A stretch of DNA of 64,000 nt from Podospora anserina (Eukaryota). Positions 49,372 through 62,589 of this stretch are shown here, piece by piece. The stretch covers positions 2,976,001-3,040,000 of the forward strand of contig CM030335.1 of the NCBI GenBank assembly GCA_017654855.1, read 5' to 3'. The translations under genes and the position numbers were made by a program. The notes below the pieces were generated by a model. It ran no database searches and was not told the DNA's origin. It saw nothing but the letters and a program-made list of their open reading frames with translations. Each line of letters starts with the position of its first letter. Positions within the stretch are counted from its first letter, which is position 1.

Positions 49372-51638
49372 CTACAGTTCATCACGCCCCCCTCTCCCCT
49401 CGTGTTCATCATGCTGCCCTTCCCCCTCCTGATCATCATCCCCCTCTCTCCTCCCCCGTCTCAACTCCTCCCCCAGCCGCTCAATCAACCTCTCCAAAAT
49501 CCACTCCGCCTCCTCCTTCCCCCCCATCAAGGGACTCTTACTCCCCACCCAACTCCACGGCACCACCTTCTCCGTGACCCTCGCCTCCCCCCTATCATCT
49601 AACCCCTCATTCGGCCTCCCCCCCCTAAACTTATCCTTCTTCGTCCTCACATGCGTGCTCGCCCTCCCATGCTGACCAGCATCACTCTCATCCTCCCCAA
49701 TCAACCTCAAATACCACGCCCACTCCTTAAACGAGTACTTTCTCGGAGGGTGCTCCTTCAAATGCGCCGTAACCCTCGCAACTTCATCGATCAAAATGAC
49801 CAAATAATCCTGCTGGCGATTTGGCAGAGTAAACGGGGCAGATTTCCTTCTTTTCTTCCTTTCCCGGAGATGTTGACCAGGACCGTGGGGGTGGTTCTCA
49901 TCGGCGGTGTTATCGTCAATGTTTTTGTCATGAGCGTCATCGTTTCGAAAGGGCGGGTTGAATCTAACTCTGGGGGAGGTAGGTGATGAATTCGATGACT
50001 CGGCTTGACCCCGCTGAAGGGCTGTCTCGGCGTCGTTTTCTTCTACCGAGTCCGAGCTGGTGTTGTCGCGGTCTTGAGCCTCGCCTAAAATGCCAGTGGG
50101 TGTTTCCTCAATGATTTCTTCTTTGAAGAGCACCCCAAACGAAACATGTTTGAGAAACCGTTTAAGGTCCTTTTTGAAGGGGCGTTCACTAGGGAGGATG
50201 GTGATGGTAGCGATGGCGTCGGTGGCGTCGCGGATACCCTTAACCACTGTGTCACCGGCGTTGGAGATTAACACCGTCATGGTCGGCAAAGCCAACAACG
50301 CCCAAAACACCCAGAAGGACTTCCCCGCGTTAGAGACCGGGACGATGTCCCCGTAGCCGATAGTCGTCAAGCTCACAAAGCAAAAGAATATCCCATCAAA
50401 ATACGTCCACCCCTGGTATGGTTCCTCACAGGCCTGGAAGATCTTTGCCCCCCCTAACCACAACGCAGCCCAGGTGCACGCTGAAACGGCAGTGGCATAC
50501 CACCTCCTCTTTTTTGACGTCTCCTTTTGGATATCCCTCATCAGCTTGAACTCTTTCTCTCGCCTCTCAAACTCGGTCAGGCCGCGATCAACCTCGGAAG
50601 GCGTCTGCCTGAGCTCCTCGCCCTCTTTTATAGGCACGAGAATACCATCTTTGCCCTTCTTCGTCATCTGCTTTAGCATCCTCCGCCTTCTCTTTTCCAC
50701 CATCCGGGCGCTAAGCCTACGCCTGCCACGATCAAGTACCAAGCTTCGAATCGACCCAATGACAAGACCGAGGCTGATGATCCCCACCAAAGCAAACGGC
50801 ATGACCAGTCCCTTCCCCAGACCGGTTTGTGGGGAGAAGTCCCCGAACCCTACGGTAAAAAGGGTGACAGCCGCCCAGTACACCGCGTCAAGATAGTTCC
50901 AGCCTTCAATCCTACCGAATAACAACGCGCCAAGGAGGAGGTAGAAGAGCAGCAAGATAGTCTGCATCATCAGTGTCCTTTGGCTAGGGGTGAGCACAAA
51001 GTCTTTGGGGTAGTGCTCTGTTTGAGCCCCGAGAAATGTGATGACCATGAGGGAAGCGACGAGGAAGTAAAGAGCGGCGCCGTAGATGCCGTAGTAGAAG
51101 GCCTGGGACCAGATGTATTGGTTGGTGGGCTCGATGATCAGTGGGCCAGAGGCGGTTGCGGTGAGAGAAATTAGGCATATGGAGGAGATGTACCATCCCA
51201 CAATGGTGACTGGCTGGGCGATGGAAAACCTCAGTCGCTGCGTCATGTTCAGCAACAGAGCCATGTTGGCTATGAGCGCGATGAGCAGCTGGATGGCGTT
51301 GATGATGGTGAGCCATATTGGGTCCCTGATGAACGGGGCCGCATCCAGGTCGGAGCCGGGGAGGTAGTTCTGTCGCCATGGTCTTGCCAGGGCGCAGATA
51401 CTGAATGCTGACGCGACTGGACCCAGTGTGCCTGCTATCATGGGAAAGGCAGAAGAGGCGAACCACCATCGGCTGAGGTAGGTAATATCAGTGACGGTCT
51501 GTGTTATCGTGTCTACGGAGAAACTGACCTCGGGTCCAGATGCATCTGCTCATGCTCCTGTTGTTTTGGCAGCTTCTTACCGTCAGGATCAGCTGCACGG
51601 AGATGTTCATCAATCTTTTCCCCGCCTGCATCGTTCAT
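49372..51638 (-). CDS. TOK1: Two-pore outward-rectifier potassium channel; exons 51638-51529, 51472-49372
   Basis: DPS|RWWFASSAFPMIAGTLGP N-terminus, multiple TM helices, two pore loops TVGFGD and TTIGYGD. Confidence 0.93.
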
Positions 51639-52073
51639 CTTGAGTCTCTCCCAGGCCTTGTCAAGACCCGAGAGTTTGGATGATATTGCCAAGACTCATA
51701 TCCGGAAGATCTCAAAGTTCTCGGCGCTTGAAATAGAAGACAATGAATGCATGAGCATCAGGCGAGGGTTGGGGTGAGACAAAGAGCATGGCATTCCAGG
51801 CTTACACGATGCGAAGTTGGGATGACAATGACGTCGTGCCGCCCCTGCCCGTCTAGAGCCGGGTCACGATCTTATCGGATGCAGCGCTATGATTGGTCAA
51901 ATTTGTTTGACAGCTTTGAGAATCGACTTCAAACGACAGTTTTAACTGTTTTGGATTGACCAAAACATCACTAGAATTGCGACAAACTCGTTTGGTGAAC
52001 CAGGAATGGAAACTCTGTGATGAAGTGGGGATGGGAAGGCTAAGAATTTTTGTCTTTTCAGAATCTGTTATCG

Positions 52074-53592
52074 ATGTTGAGATGGCCACTGGGAGCAAGG
52101 CGCTGGCGTCCAGCAGCTCTTACTTGCAGAGTGCTTCGCAGATCTCGCTTCTATAGCACTAATGAGTCAGTTGAGAATGTTCAAGTTCAATGCGCATCAG
52201 CTGGTGAGATAACTGTGAGGTATGTCTACTACACTTCATGAACCGGAACCACCATCTGACCGAGCCAGCCTTCACAACATCGCCAAGCATGCATCGACAA
52301 AACCTCTGGTTATTGTCATACCTCCAATCCCCCATACCGGAGGGGAACCACATAGCTCGCTCCCAAGATGGCTCCGGGAGTTTCCGGCAGCAGTCATTAA
52401 CTACCGGTGGAACAACGTGAAAGACCCAGAGGACAAGACATCTCTCAGATGGCCAAGCCCAGTTCACGACCTCACCTTTGGGTACTCCTGGCTGTCAGCC
52501 AACCTCGGCCTTCGTCCGGAGAAGAAAAAGCATGTCTTTGGTCGCCCAGCCTATGTCTATGGCTCCTATCTAGGCGCCACTCTAGGTGCTGGCCTAGCCT
52601 TCACAGAAGCTCACCGCCCCTTTCTGAACCTCGGCCAAGGCGGCATGACCGTCCGTGGTCTTATCGCTCACAACGGGATATACAACTGGCCCATGTTCCT
52701 TCCCGACCACCCAATACACAGCTACAAGTTGAAGCCCCCTAAACACGGAATACGCCCATTCTACACCAACAAAGTCCAGTCACAACGTTTTGAGCTCGAG
52801 GAATTCGACGAAAACACGGCCTTTGGTTTCCTCTACTCCCAAATGCCCTACCTCTTTCCCTCACCATCAAACCTCTTTGACCCGTTCGCTTCCCCGACTC
52901 TGTTCTTTCAGAACGCGCCTCTGCACGTACCGGAAGATTTCTTCAACCCATCCCGGTTCAACAACCTACCTTCACCGCCGGCATTATCTTCGGCAGTTGA
53001 CAATTTCCTGGCTGACACGACGGGCATCCCCGAGCCTCAACCGCCTCAGTCTGATGACCCATCTTCTTCACAGGCACTAAGCTCGAAACCGCTGGCAGAA
53101 TTGACATCCCAAGAAATTGATGTGATTCTGGCCCAGAAGACAGCCGAAGCTATGGCATCCAGTCGCCCGAGAAAAGGGTATCTAGTCTTCCCGCCACGAC
53201 AATCGACCCTTCGAGTTCCGGAGACGCTGCTTTTGTTCGATTCTGACGATGTCCCGGCTTCAGGGGACGAGAAGAGGATACCGCCCAGGAATTCCTTCAA
53301 AGTCCAGGCCATAGAGCTAGCGGGGCTCATGAGACGGAGTGTGAGCATGTTCGAGTGCCAGACATTAGCTAAGGAGGGCGATGAGGAATTTGCGGGGCCG
53401 GAGGCAAGGGACAGAGAAGCCCTAAGGAGAGTAAAGACCATGGAGCTTAGTGCCCAAGTTAAAGAGCAGGAGGAAGATGATATTGGAGAGTGGGGACTAA
53501 GGGGCAGTGAGGAAGCTTTGGCGGTGAAGTGGTTGAAGGGGGCCATCAGGGAGGATGAGGATTGGATGGAGGACAAGAGAGCAAGGTCTTGA
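52074..53592 (+). CDS. Alpha/beta-hydrolase-fold protein with predicted mitochondrial presequence; exons 52074-52219, 52269-53592
   Basis: Arg-rich MLRWPLGARRWRPAALTCRVLRRSRFYST; INYRW, WPSPVHD, VYGSYLGATL, NGIYNW, DPFASP motifs. Confidence 0.78.
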
Positions 53593-53785
53593 ACTTGTGG
53601 GAGGTATATATATCAGCAAACTAACAATTACAGAGGAAGGCTAAACGCGATTAAACCATTATTCGTGAAAATCCAGCAGTGAATGAGTAGCCTCCAACAA
53701 CAGAAACTGGATTCGACCGCACACTTTTCCGTCTATCCTTTGGGCCAACTTGATCCCGCACCTGCCTTACCACCTACCCCCTCAT

Positions 53786-54703
53786 CTAGGGTTGCTCCCC
53801 ATAAGCATGTCCATAAGTAACCCCATACTGATGACTCTCAATAGGATCCTCCGTCACCTTCCCACCATTATTCGTCCCAATCATCTGGCTATTCTTCCGT
53901 CTCCACCTCATCACAAAAAACGCCAACGCTCCCAAGATCAACAGCCCAGCAACGCCAGCCCCAACTCCAATCCCAATCGTCGCCCCCTTAGACAGCCCAC
54001 CACCCCCCTCCACAACCTCGGCTGGCTCCGTCGAAGTCGGCGTGGTAGTAGCCCCATCGGCAGTGTTACTCACCGAACTCTCCCCCATACTCGTCGCCGT
54101 CCCAGTCGTGGTCGTAGCATCCGAAACAAAACTCGTCACCGGCTCCGCAATTATCACCGTCGCCGTCCCAGAAAAAGTCTCACTGTCAACCTCAATAATT
54201 TTGCTCCCCATTCCCCTCTTAATCTCAAAGCTTCCACCCCCTTCCTCACAGGTACATTTCCCCTTCTTGTAATCATCCTCGCAACAAAACGTCTCCTGAG
54301 TACAAGCAGCCAGCTTCCCGTATATGTTATCACCCGCTATGACACCACCCATCAGCATCCACCATCAACAGTTCATTGTGAGACGAGACTTACTCAAGCA
54401 AACGCCCCCGCAAAGGGCATTATTCCACCCCGGACTCGTACAAGCCCCCCTCTGCACCTCCCCCAGAGTAATATTCGGAAAACTCTTCGTCTCCGTCGTC
54501 GCGATACACAGCGCGTTGCTGAAGCACGTCCACCCCTGGGGACAGCAGAGCGATATCTCGGCGCCGAACGGTTGGCAGGGGTAGTACCCCAAAGCGTGTA
54601 CTTCACCGGGGAAGTAACAGGGCGCGTTTTCCGCCGCATGGGCTCCTATCACAAGCAGAAGCGCGGTGGCAGTAGCGGTGATGGATCGTATTGGTGGTGC
54701 CAT
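53786..54703 (-). CDS. Cys-rich type I membrane protein (Mid2-like TM region); exons 54703-54394, 54336-53786
   Basis: Signal peptide, CYFPG...CCPQGWTCFSNALC...RGACT, Thr-rich stalk, LSKGATIGIGVGAGVAGL TM followed by RWRRK. Confidence 0.82.
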
Positions 54704-55585
54704 TGTTATTTCTTTCTGCATCAATCTCTGGGCGAGGTACAACGGATCCTAAGGGTAGGTATAAAGATCGTGACAAACCACCAAAAGAAAATCGCAAGCA
54801 ACCAAAAGAAAACCACCAAGATTCCCCCCCTCCTCCCGAAAAGGCGGCGCCCCCAAGTTCTTATGTACCTACCTACCAAAACCCCCAAGCGCCCAGCATC
54901 TGTCTAACCTGCAGCTGAAATTGACATTTGAACCGATGAACAACCCAGGCAAAACCGCAAGGCTCTACCCCCTACCTACCCTACCTTTTGCCCCAAGACA
55001 CAACCAGAGATAGTTGCCCAAACCCGATAAAAAAAACGCCTCAGCTCAAAAGCGCCTCCATCCCTTCAGGTTAGACCCCATCTGCAAGCCTTCTGCAAGC
55101 CGTCACACTATTGGCACACTTCGAAAAGAGGCGTTTCCAATACCGCCCGCCACCAACACCTACAGGCGGCGCAGCCACGAGATACACTGCCATTCTCTTG
55201 ATCGTTTGGCAGGTCGCACTTGTACGATGATGGTAGGCAAAAGGACACAGCAGCATGAAAAGTAAAACAAAACAAAAAGGTAAAGAAAAAGCAGGAGAAA
55301 AGACAGCGTCGTACTGAGCCTCGCCATCCTCGCCAGACCCTGAACATCTCAAGGCGCGCGGACCGCAAAGCTGAAAGGTATCACCCCCGAAAGGGACTAA
55401 CGCGGGGAGAGAACCGAGAGTCAGCTACAAGAGCGGGGGATTCATGTGATGCTCCCCTCCATTTTTATCACTCGCAAACCATAAGAAAAATGCCTCTCAA
55501 TTGACAAGAAAAAGAAAGAAAAAAAAGGGAGAGGGTTGGCAATGTATAGGCGGGTAGTGAAAAAAACAAAAACCAAAAATATGGA

Positions 55586-55677
55586 CTCGGATACCGGGAG
55601 TCGAACCCGGGGCTGTTGAGAGAAAAGACACTTCTGAGAAGTGAGAGTCAACTATGTTACCGCTACACCATACCCGA
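55586..55677 (-). tRNA. tRNA-Glu(CTC) with a 21-nt intron
   Basis: Cloverleaf: acceptor TCGGGTA/TATCCGA, D arm GTGT/ACAT, anticodon stem GTTGA/TCAAC with CTC, T arm CCGGG-TTCGACT-CCCGG; oligo-T terminator downstream. Confidence 0.93.
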
Positions 55678-56241
55678 TTTGCACAGATCGCGAATGGTCC
55701 GATTTTAGATGACAGACTTTACAGAATCACCCGCTAACATCAACAACCTCCCCCCAACCTTCCACACCACCCTTTCAACCTTTCTTCCACCCAACCAACA
55801 CCACCTCGCACAATAATCACAGCAACAAGGGAAACAACACAACAAGTAAAAGAGTGTAAATCATCATCATTCAACGCCTTTCTATCACCCCCTAGAAAGC
55901 CCATCAACTCCATTCCTTCCCTCCCCTTATTTTTCTCTCCTCAATCCAAACTCTCCCCGGGGTATAAACGTGTGAGTGAAAGTAGAAAGATGCAAAGAAA
56001 AAAACAAAATATATGCATACAAGTGGGCGGGTATGTAGTATTTACAAGTAGAAAATTCGCTGGCGCTGGGTCGAGCAAAATCATCAAGAAAGAAAAAAGA
56101 GAAATCAGGAGAAAAAAAGATCAAAAGAAAAGCCATCATCTCCGCGTTTATATCGTTGGTTCAAATTTTACACAACCGTGAGAATGAAAATGCAAGAGAA
56201 AAAAACTGGTTGGGCAATTTCTCAAGAACCCGTTAAATGGC

Positions 56242-59049
56242 TCAGTATCTTGACTGGTTGCCTCTCTCCAAGTCGTCGCTCCAGCCATTGTTGTTGTTAT
56301 GAGGGGCAGGATCCCGAGAACTGCTGCCGGACATGTTGCCAACGGTTGTATTGGCCCGTTGGGGACCACGATCGTAATCGTAGTCATCAAGGGAGAACGC
56401 CCCTGACACGGTGTTTGCCCGAGCCGGGGCCGCAAAAATGTCGAGTTCCGGTGACGGACTTCTGTCGGGCTCCAGTCTGCTGACGTACCCAGATGATGGC
56501 CCAGGATCCAGCCTGCTTACATAACTAGACTGGCCAGTAGCCGACGGCTGGATGGGCACCGGGGAAGCCAACTCGGTTGTTATGGCGTGCGAGACAGTTG
56601 CCGGCTGATCCATGGACTGAGATTGGCTGGTGCTTTGCTCGGGGAATGGGCCAGGTGAGTCGCTCCACATCGTGGCAGATCTCGAGGGGTTCTCGTTGGA
56701 ACCATCAGTGGCCCGAGGCTGATACGCCTGAAAGGAATTGTTGCTCGTCCCGGTGTTGGACCTGTCAAGCTGACCAGAACCGCCCATGGGCTGCGCCTGG
56801 AAAGGTCCGGGCGAGTTGCTCCTCCCAGTATTAGATCTATCAAGGTACCCAGAGCCTTCCGCAGGCAGTGCCTGGAATGGGCCAGGTGAATCGCTCCTCC
56901 CAGGATTTGATGGACCATCATACTTCATCGCATCGTCTTCTGCCGGGTACGGGGCTGGCGTTTTGTTGCTCCCTGTGAGTGATCGACTCGTATACTGGTA
57001 TTCGTCATGGCTCTGTGAAGAATTTGGCGCAACACCGTCGAGGTTTGGCAAAGTCGGTTGCCGGTAATCATTGTCTTGTTGTGGTGCCTCGATGTTTGGC
57101 AGAGTCGGTTGCCTGTAATCCTCGTTCTGTTGTGGTTGGAGGGGCCCGCCAAATCCAGCGAGATTTGGCAGCGTCGGTTGTCGGTACTCATCGACCTCTT
57201 GCGGTTGGTAGGCGCCCGGCATGGTCATATTTCTCAGCGAACTGTTGCTAGCACTCTGGTGATGATATGGCTGACGAGGAGGCCCACCCATACCCATAGA
57301 CACGCCCGAACCGTTGCTATCGGCCCGTTGGTGAAAAGGCTGAATGGGAGCAGTCATATTCCTCTGGGGTGGGAATGGTGGTTGCTGTCCCCGAGGTGGC
57401 ATTGGGCCGGTGGCGCTGCGCATTGGATATCCTCCTGGTCCCATTCTCGGGGGCGACGTTGGGCCATTGCGATACGACATGGTGGATGGGGCAGGACTGG
57501 CCCGTCCTTTCGAGTAGTCGTCATATCCTGGTCTTCCTTGATTGGGTCCAGGCCATCTATTTTGCTGCTGATTTGGCCCTGGACCTCTGTAGTTGCTCAT
57601 TTCATTCATTGGTGGCCTAACCGGGGGCGGCATGCTGGGCATAGCATCTTGAGAATACATTGCCTGGCCAGCAGTGTAGCCCGCGTTGAGATTCGAACCG
57701 TTCGAAGGCATCCTGTTGAGTTGCTGGCTTGATGCGTAACTTCGGTTGGATTGAGCAGTCGCAGTCCTGGGAGGGGGAGGGAATCCGGCTGGCATCGCCG
57801 GTCCTGGTGAATCTGAACGGCTAACACCCATGGCGGCAGCCCCACCGAGAAGAGATGCTCTGGCCGAGTATTTGCTGACCGACGTCGCCGTAGTTCCAGA
57901 CCGAGATGGAACTGGTCGCTTTTGCCCAAGAGTATTCATCTCAAAGCTGCCAGGAGTATTCGGACGGTCGGTCTTCTCGGAAATAGACATGAAGGTCTCG
58001 GCTCTCTTCAGACTCGGCATCTCAGCCAGATTATCGTCGGCGAAAACGGGCAGAGATGGCTTCATGGTGACTGGTCTGTTCTCCCCGTTCTTCTTGGCCG
58101 CCCTGAGTTCCGCCTTTTTCCGTTGTCTCTCGTCTTCCTCCATCGCCTTGTTGATCTTGACCGAGACAATCTGCTTGAGACGCTTGTTGACCTTGCGCTC
58201 GCAGAAACCCGTCAAACCTCCATCTTCGCGGGGGATGTAACTCCACAAGAACAGCACGAAAAGTACCCCTGAGATTACCAACGAAAGAAACGAGAAGATC
58301 CAAACGACCACAGTGAAGATCATACCACAGAGAATGACAGATTGCCTCGTGTCTTCCGTCGCAAGAGCCTGGATCTTGTCGATGAAATCAGCGAGTGAAG
58401 CATCAAAGTTGTCTCCCTTGATGTTGAGCTTCGCCCTGAAAATAGAATAGAGCGTAAGAGCGTTGAGAACCTGACGAGGCCCGGAGCAGAGGAGCACTCG
58501 AATCCATGACTGGAAGCTGAAGAAAGTGAAGAGGGCGACGTAGTCGACGCCCTTTTTGCTCTTGGTTAGTTCGGCGAAAACGAGAAACCTCCTCCAACCG
58601 CTAGTTGGTCGAAGGCACTCCATGCGCTGAGCAATATGATCGAGGAAACACTCAGCAACACTTCCTCTTCGCATAATTCGGTTGGCGCGAAGGTGCTCGT
58701 AGCAGAGATTGGCCACGGAGAGGATGATGCAGCCGGCGAATACCCATTTCGTGACTTGGAATGGGATGAACTGAGCCGGTTCGATTTGGGAAGACCATCT
58801 GTCGAACGCAATGAGTTGGTACGCTGTGAAACCATCGACAGCGTACACAGACAACGACAGGAACATGGAAGCAATAAGGATTCCATAGGCGAAGGGCGTC
58901 CAACATGAGGTCGACTTGAAATCGTTCAAGCTCTGCATGACATTAGCATTACCCAGCCCTGCTGCATTCAGTACTCAACTCACAATAAAGTCCCACTTCT
59001 CGGTTGGCTGGATCACAACATCCCTCCTTTTATGACTTAAAAATCCCAT
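56242..59049 (-). CDS. Kch1/Prm6-family membrane protein with a long Pro/Gln/Ser-rich tail; exons 59049-58984, 58932-56242
   Basis: KWDFI|SLNDFKS, YAVD.FTA, RFLVFAELT, GPRQVLNALTL, FCERKVNKRL motifs. Confidence 0.85.
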
Positions 59050-61131
59050 AATATCGATTGCGCAAACCAGGCGCAAATATCCAGACTGGCCGGTAAAGAG
59101 TATGAGGGTATCGACACCGTCGATAAACCCAAAGAATGGCGAAATATATCGTCGACACAACCTAATGCGTCGCTCGTTCGGGTGTGATGAAAGATCATAG
59201 GCTCCAGTCCGCCGTTCGCACAAAGTCGCTCCTCGCCTGCGAGAGTCGACTGTGCTTAGGTCGACCAAGGAGCTTCAATACTCCTTTCCTGAATTCAACG
59301 GCCGTAAAAGCAAAGAGATGCCTGCCAGCAAACAAAATGACTGAAAAGAAGGGAGATCAGAAGCCGGCAGGAAGTAGGGCCGGATAAATCGAGGAGGATA
59401 GTTCGGCCACGGATGGCCTCGAAAATCGCCTTGCAGGCTATCGTTGCATTGCTGATTGCTGAGTGGGAAGTAGTTTCGTTGATCGACAGTCCTGATGGCC
59501 CAACTTCCAGTCCTTTTCCCTGCCACTTCCAGAAACCCAACAGTAGTATCCTTGAATAGGCGCGCGGTCCACAGGTCGGTGGTGATGCCGAAAGGTGGCA
59601 GGTTGGTAATGGATCCCGAGTTTGATCGGCTGGGTAGAATTCCAGTCGCGGGTATCAAGTTGACCGATGGGGAAAAAGATCAGGCGTGGGCGGGGTGTCG
59701 CCCTGTAAAAGCACAATAGGGAAAGTTGTCGTGGTGTCTGATTCGAGGGAGTGATGCTATTGTTCGCTGTGGGCGACTGATGAATGAATGAATGGCTGAA
59801 TAGCTCGTGGTTAGCTTTCGACAGTTGTCCGGAGAGGCCGCCTTTCCGCAGTGGAAGTTTGGGGGGATGAGCGTCAAGGTCAACTCGCGACAAAAAGGAC
59901 TGGAGGGTAAGGGGCCCCAACGGAAGAAGATGCCGTCCTGGCTCGCAGGGAACCGAGATGCAGGGGGTCTACCACTTGGGCTTCGCAGGCCGACCCTGAC
60001 TTGTATCTCGACGGATGATTGGCTAGCCTCCGTTGCCAGACGCGGGGGAGGGGAACAGCACCACGCCGTGACAAGGAATACACAAGAAATGATGCTGGTC
60101 AGTCACTGTTGGGATGAATATTTTGGACGAGGATTGGCGCTAACGCAGGTACCCCTCCGTTGGTTATCGCTTGTCCAACCCCTTGCCCCCGAAGGAGCAT
60201 TCTCGCTTTCCTGATTGGATCATGTCGCCGCCGTTGCACGCCTCCACTGGGAGAGTGCAGCCATGAAACAGCTCACCAACCACCGATGGGAGGACTCAAA
60301 CCCAAGTCCTGAATGAAACACGGAGTTCTTGGGCTTCGAAGAAAAGACGCATGCACGCCATTGCGGGAGCGAAGCATGGTGGCGCTTAGCTTAGCAAGCC
60401 ACCAGATGTCAACATCATCAGTGAAGCTATTCCGACCTGGGAGCTTGTTCTCTTCATCAAATTCAGATTGCCCATCATTAATGACACTCCACCAGCACGG
60501 CAATGCACGGCGGAACCACTCCGGGACTTGCATATGAACCATGGGTTCCGCATATACAATGGACCTCAAACAGAGACAAACGGCAGCTAGATGCCACCGC
60601 TCCCAGCGACATGCAATGCTGCGCTGATGCAGTATAGCATTCGGCTCTCATACAGCTGCCCTCACTACCAACCTTTAAAGCCATAGCCGCGCGCTTCACC
60701 GGGACCACAAGTAAAACATCCATGTAAGTCACAAAAACAGCCCACTTCAGCCCGGTTCAGTCATCAAACAAGTCACAAACAAGAGAGCTGGGTCATTCCA
60801 TGTCCACGTCGTACTTCCACTACCCAGTCGGAAAATATCATTGTCTTTTAAAATGTTTGTATCTACTGTGTATAGCCACATATCTGACCTCCTAGCAGAA
60901 CTCTAAGCCACACAATGGCATACTCCCAGAGGCCTCACCTCGGTCTACGAAACCAATGAAGCCAACGTTATCATTTGAATTCCCACATGATCTCCAGCAT
61001 GAACATCCTCAACGAGAATCCACCCATTCTCCGGCCCGTTCCCGCCTCCACACGGTCCGAGCCCGAGAGACCCAACCGGACGGTAGACCACACCACCGAC
61101 CCAGCCACCCCACCACCATCCCAACCAGCTC

Positions 61132-61905
61132 CTATTCCTCCTCCTCAATAGCCTCCCCCATCCCAAACTCCCTCTCCACCGCCCCCGCAAACGCCTCCCT
61201 CAACTCCATCTGCTCCGTCTCCGTCAACCCCTCCTTACTCCCCCTCCGTCGCCTCGCGCTCTGCCCCGTCTCCCTCAGCCTCACCTCCCCATTCTCCTCC
61301 ACCACCTCATAACTCCTCCACTCAGTATTCCCCCACCCCGTCCCCCGCCCATAATCAACCCCCTCAAAATCCTCGGTCAAAAAGTGCAAAAAACCCCCAT
61401 GCGTCACAGCAACAATATTAACCTCCCCTTCCCCCGCATGATCCCTCCCCAAATCCCTAAACCACTCCCTCGCCCTCCTCGCCCGTTCAAACAACTTTCT
61501 CGGCTCAGGAGCGTACTCACTCCCCGGACCTTTATCATTCCACCCCTCTTTTACCAATCCCAAATCCACCACCTTATCATCAGGAAACTCGTCCAGTAGT
61601 TTTGCAGGTTCGGAGCCCGTGTCGCATGGAAAGGGGGAGACCTCCTGTATATCAGGCAAGGTAATAACCCTCGGTTTATCAGGCGCGATATCCGGGTTGA
61701 AAGACAACAAACAAGTGTAAATCGTGCGACGTAACGGGGAGGCCACCAGATGCGTAATCTTGTCGTGATACGGAAAAGATTGATACAATTCCTCACACTG
61801 CCGCTTGCCAAGGTCTGTCAAATCCGGGTCGGGAAGCGCGTGGTTTTCCTGGCAGAGGTTGTGGTAACCCTGCGCGTGGCGGACAAGGTGGACGTAGGTT
61901 GGCAT
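61132..61905 (-). CDS. Histidine phosphatase (phosphoglycerate mutase-like) family protein
   Basis: HLVRHAQGYHN, DPDLT..G..Q, ASPLRRTIYT, PCDTGS, VTHGGFLH, WGNTEWRS. Confidence 0.9.
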   Translation of the reverse strand: MPTYVHLVRHAQGYHNLCQENHALPDPDLTDLGKRQCEELYQSFPYHDKITHLVASPLRRTIYTCLLSFNPDIAPDKPRVITLPDIQEVSPFPCDTGSEPAKLLDEFPDDKVVDLGLVKEGWNDKGPGSEYAPEPRKLFERARRAREWFRDLGRDHAGEGEVNIVAVTHGGFLHFLTEDFEGVDYGRGTGWGNTEWRSYEVVEENGEVRLRETGQSARRRRGSKEGLTETEQMELREAFAGAVEREFGMGEAIEEEE

Positions 61906-62589
61906 TTTCCCTTCCCTTTTTTTATCCAATCTTCGGGGAAAGAAAAAGGTTGAGATGAACAGTCGAGGTGAAGAGATGGGGATGAAAGTTGAGATGAGAT
62001 GAGAGTATATGGTAGGTGTGAGCTCAGACTGAACAAACCGACTCAGCTTACAGCCAATGTTATTCAGAAAAGCAGACAAATTGAACCCAAACTTTAAAAA
62101 AGATGGAATGAAAATATAAATCAAGACTTTGTCCGCTATATATCCGCGCCAGCTTCCTTGGTGACTCAGAAACCGGATCTCTCACCCACTCACAACCCCA
62201 CCTCCGCTTTATGCCAATCCCCCGGACCGGTGACGGAATCACTGCTTCTGGAGCCCCCGCCAGTGTCGGATCCGACCTACGTGTAGTACCCATGACACCC
62301 GCGCTCACACGTGGCATGGTGCCTCGACTCTGACTGATCTGTTCCACGGACAGCTTTGATAGGGTGCAACTGGTTCTCATCCACATTATTACGTCAGCGC
62401 TTCACCCATTTAACTATGTAGCAGACATGGGACACTTCAGAGGTCACTCGCAACAGAGAAACAAAACCATCTAGGTACTCAAATGTCGGTTTTCACACCT
62501 CATTACTCATAGTTAAAGCTATCTATGTATCAGGGTCCCGTCTCCCCGCCTGCCAACCGATCCGCTACATCTCATAGTCATATCCTGTC

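Noticed and set aside
59100-61100. Short ORFs upstream of the Kch1-like gene
   Set aside because: No recognisable protein features; likely long 5'UTR/promoter plus the 3' region of the phosphatase gene.
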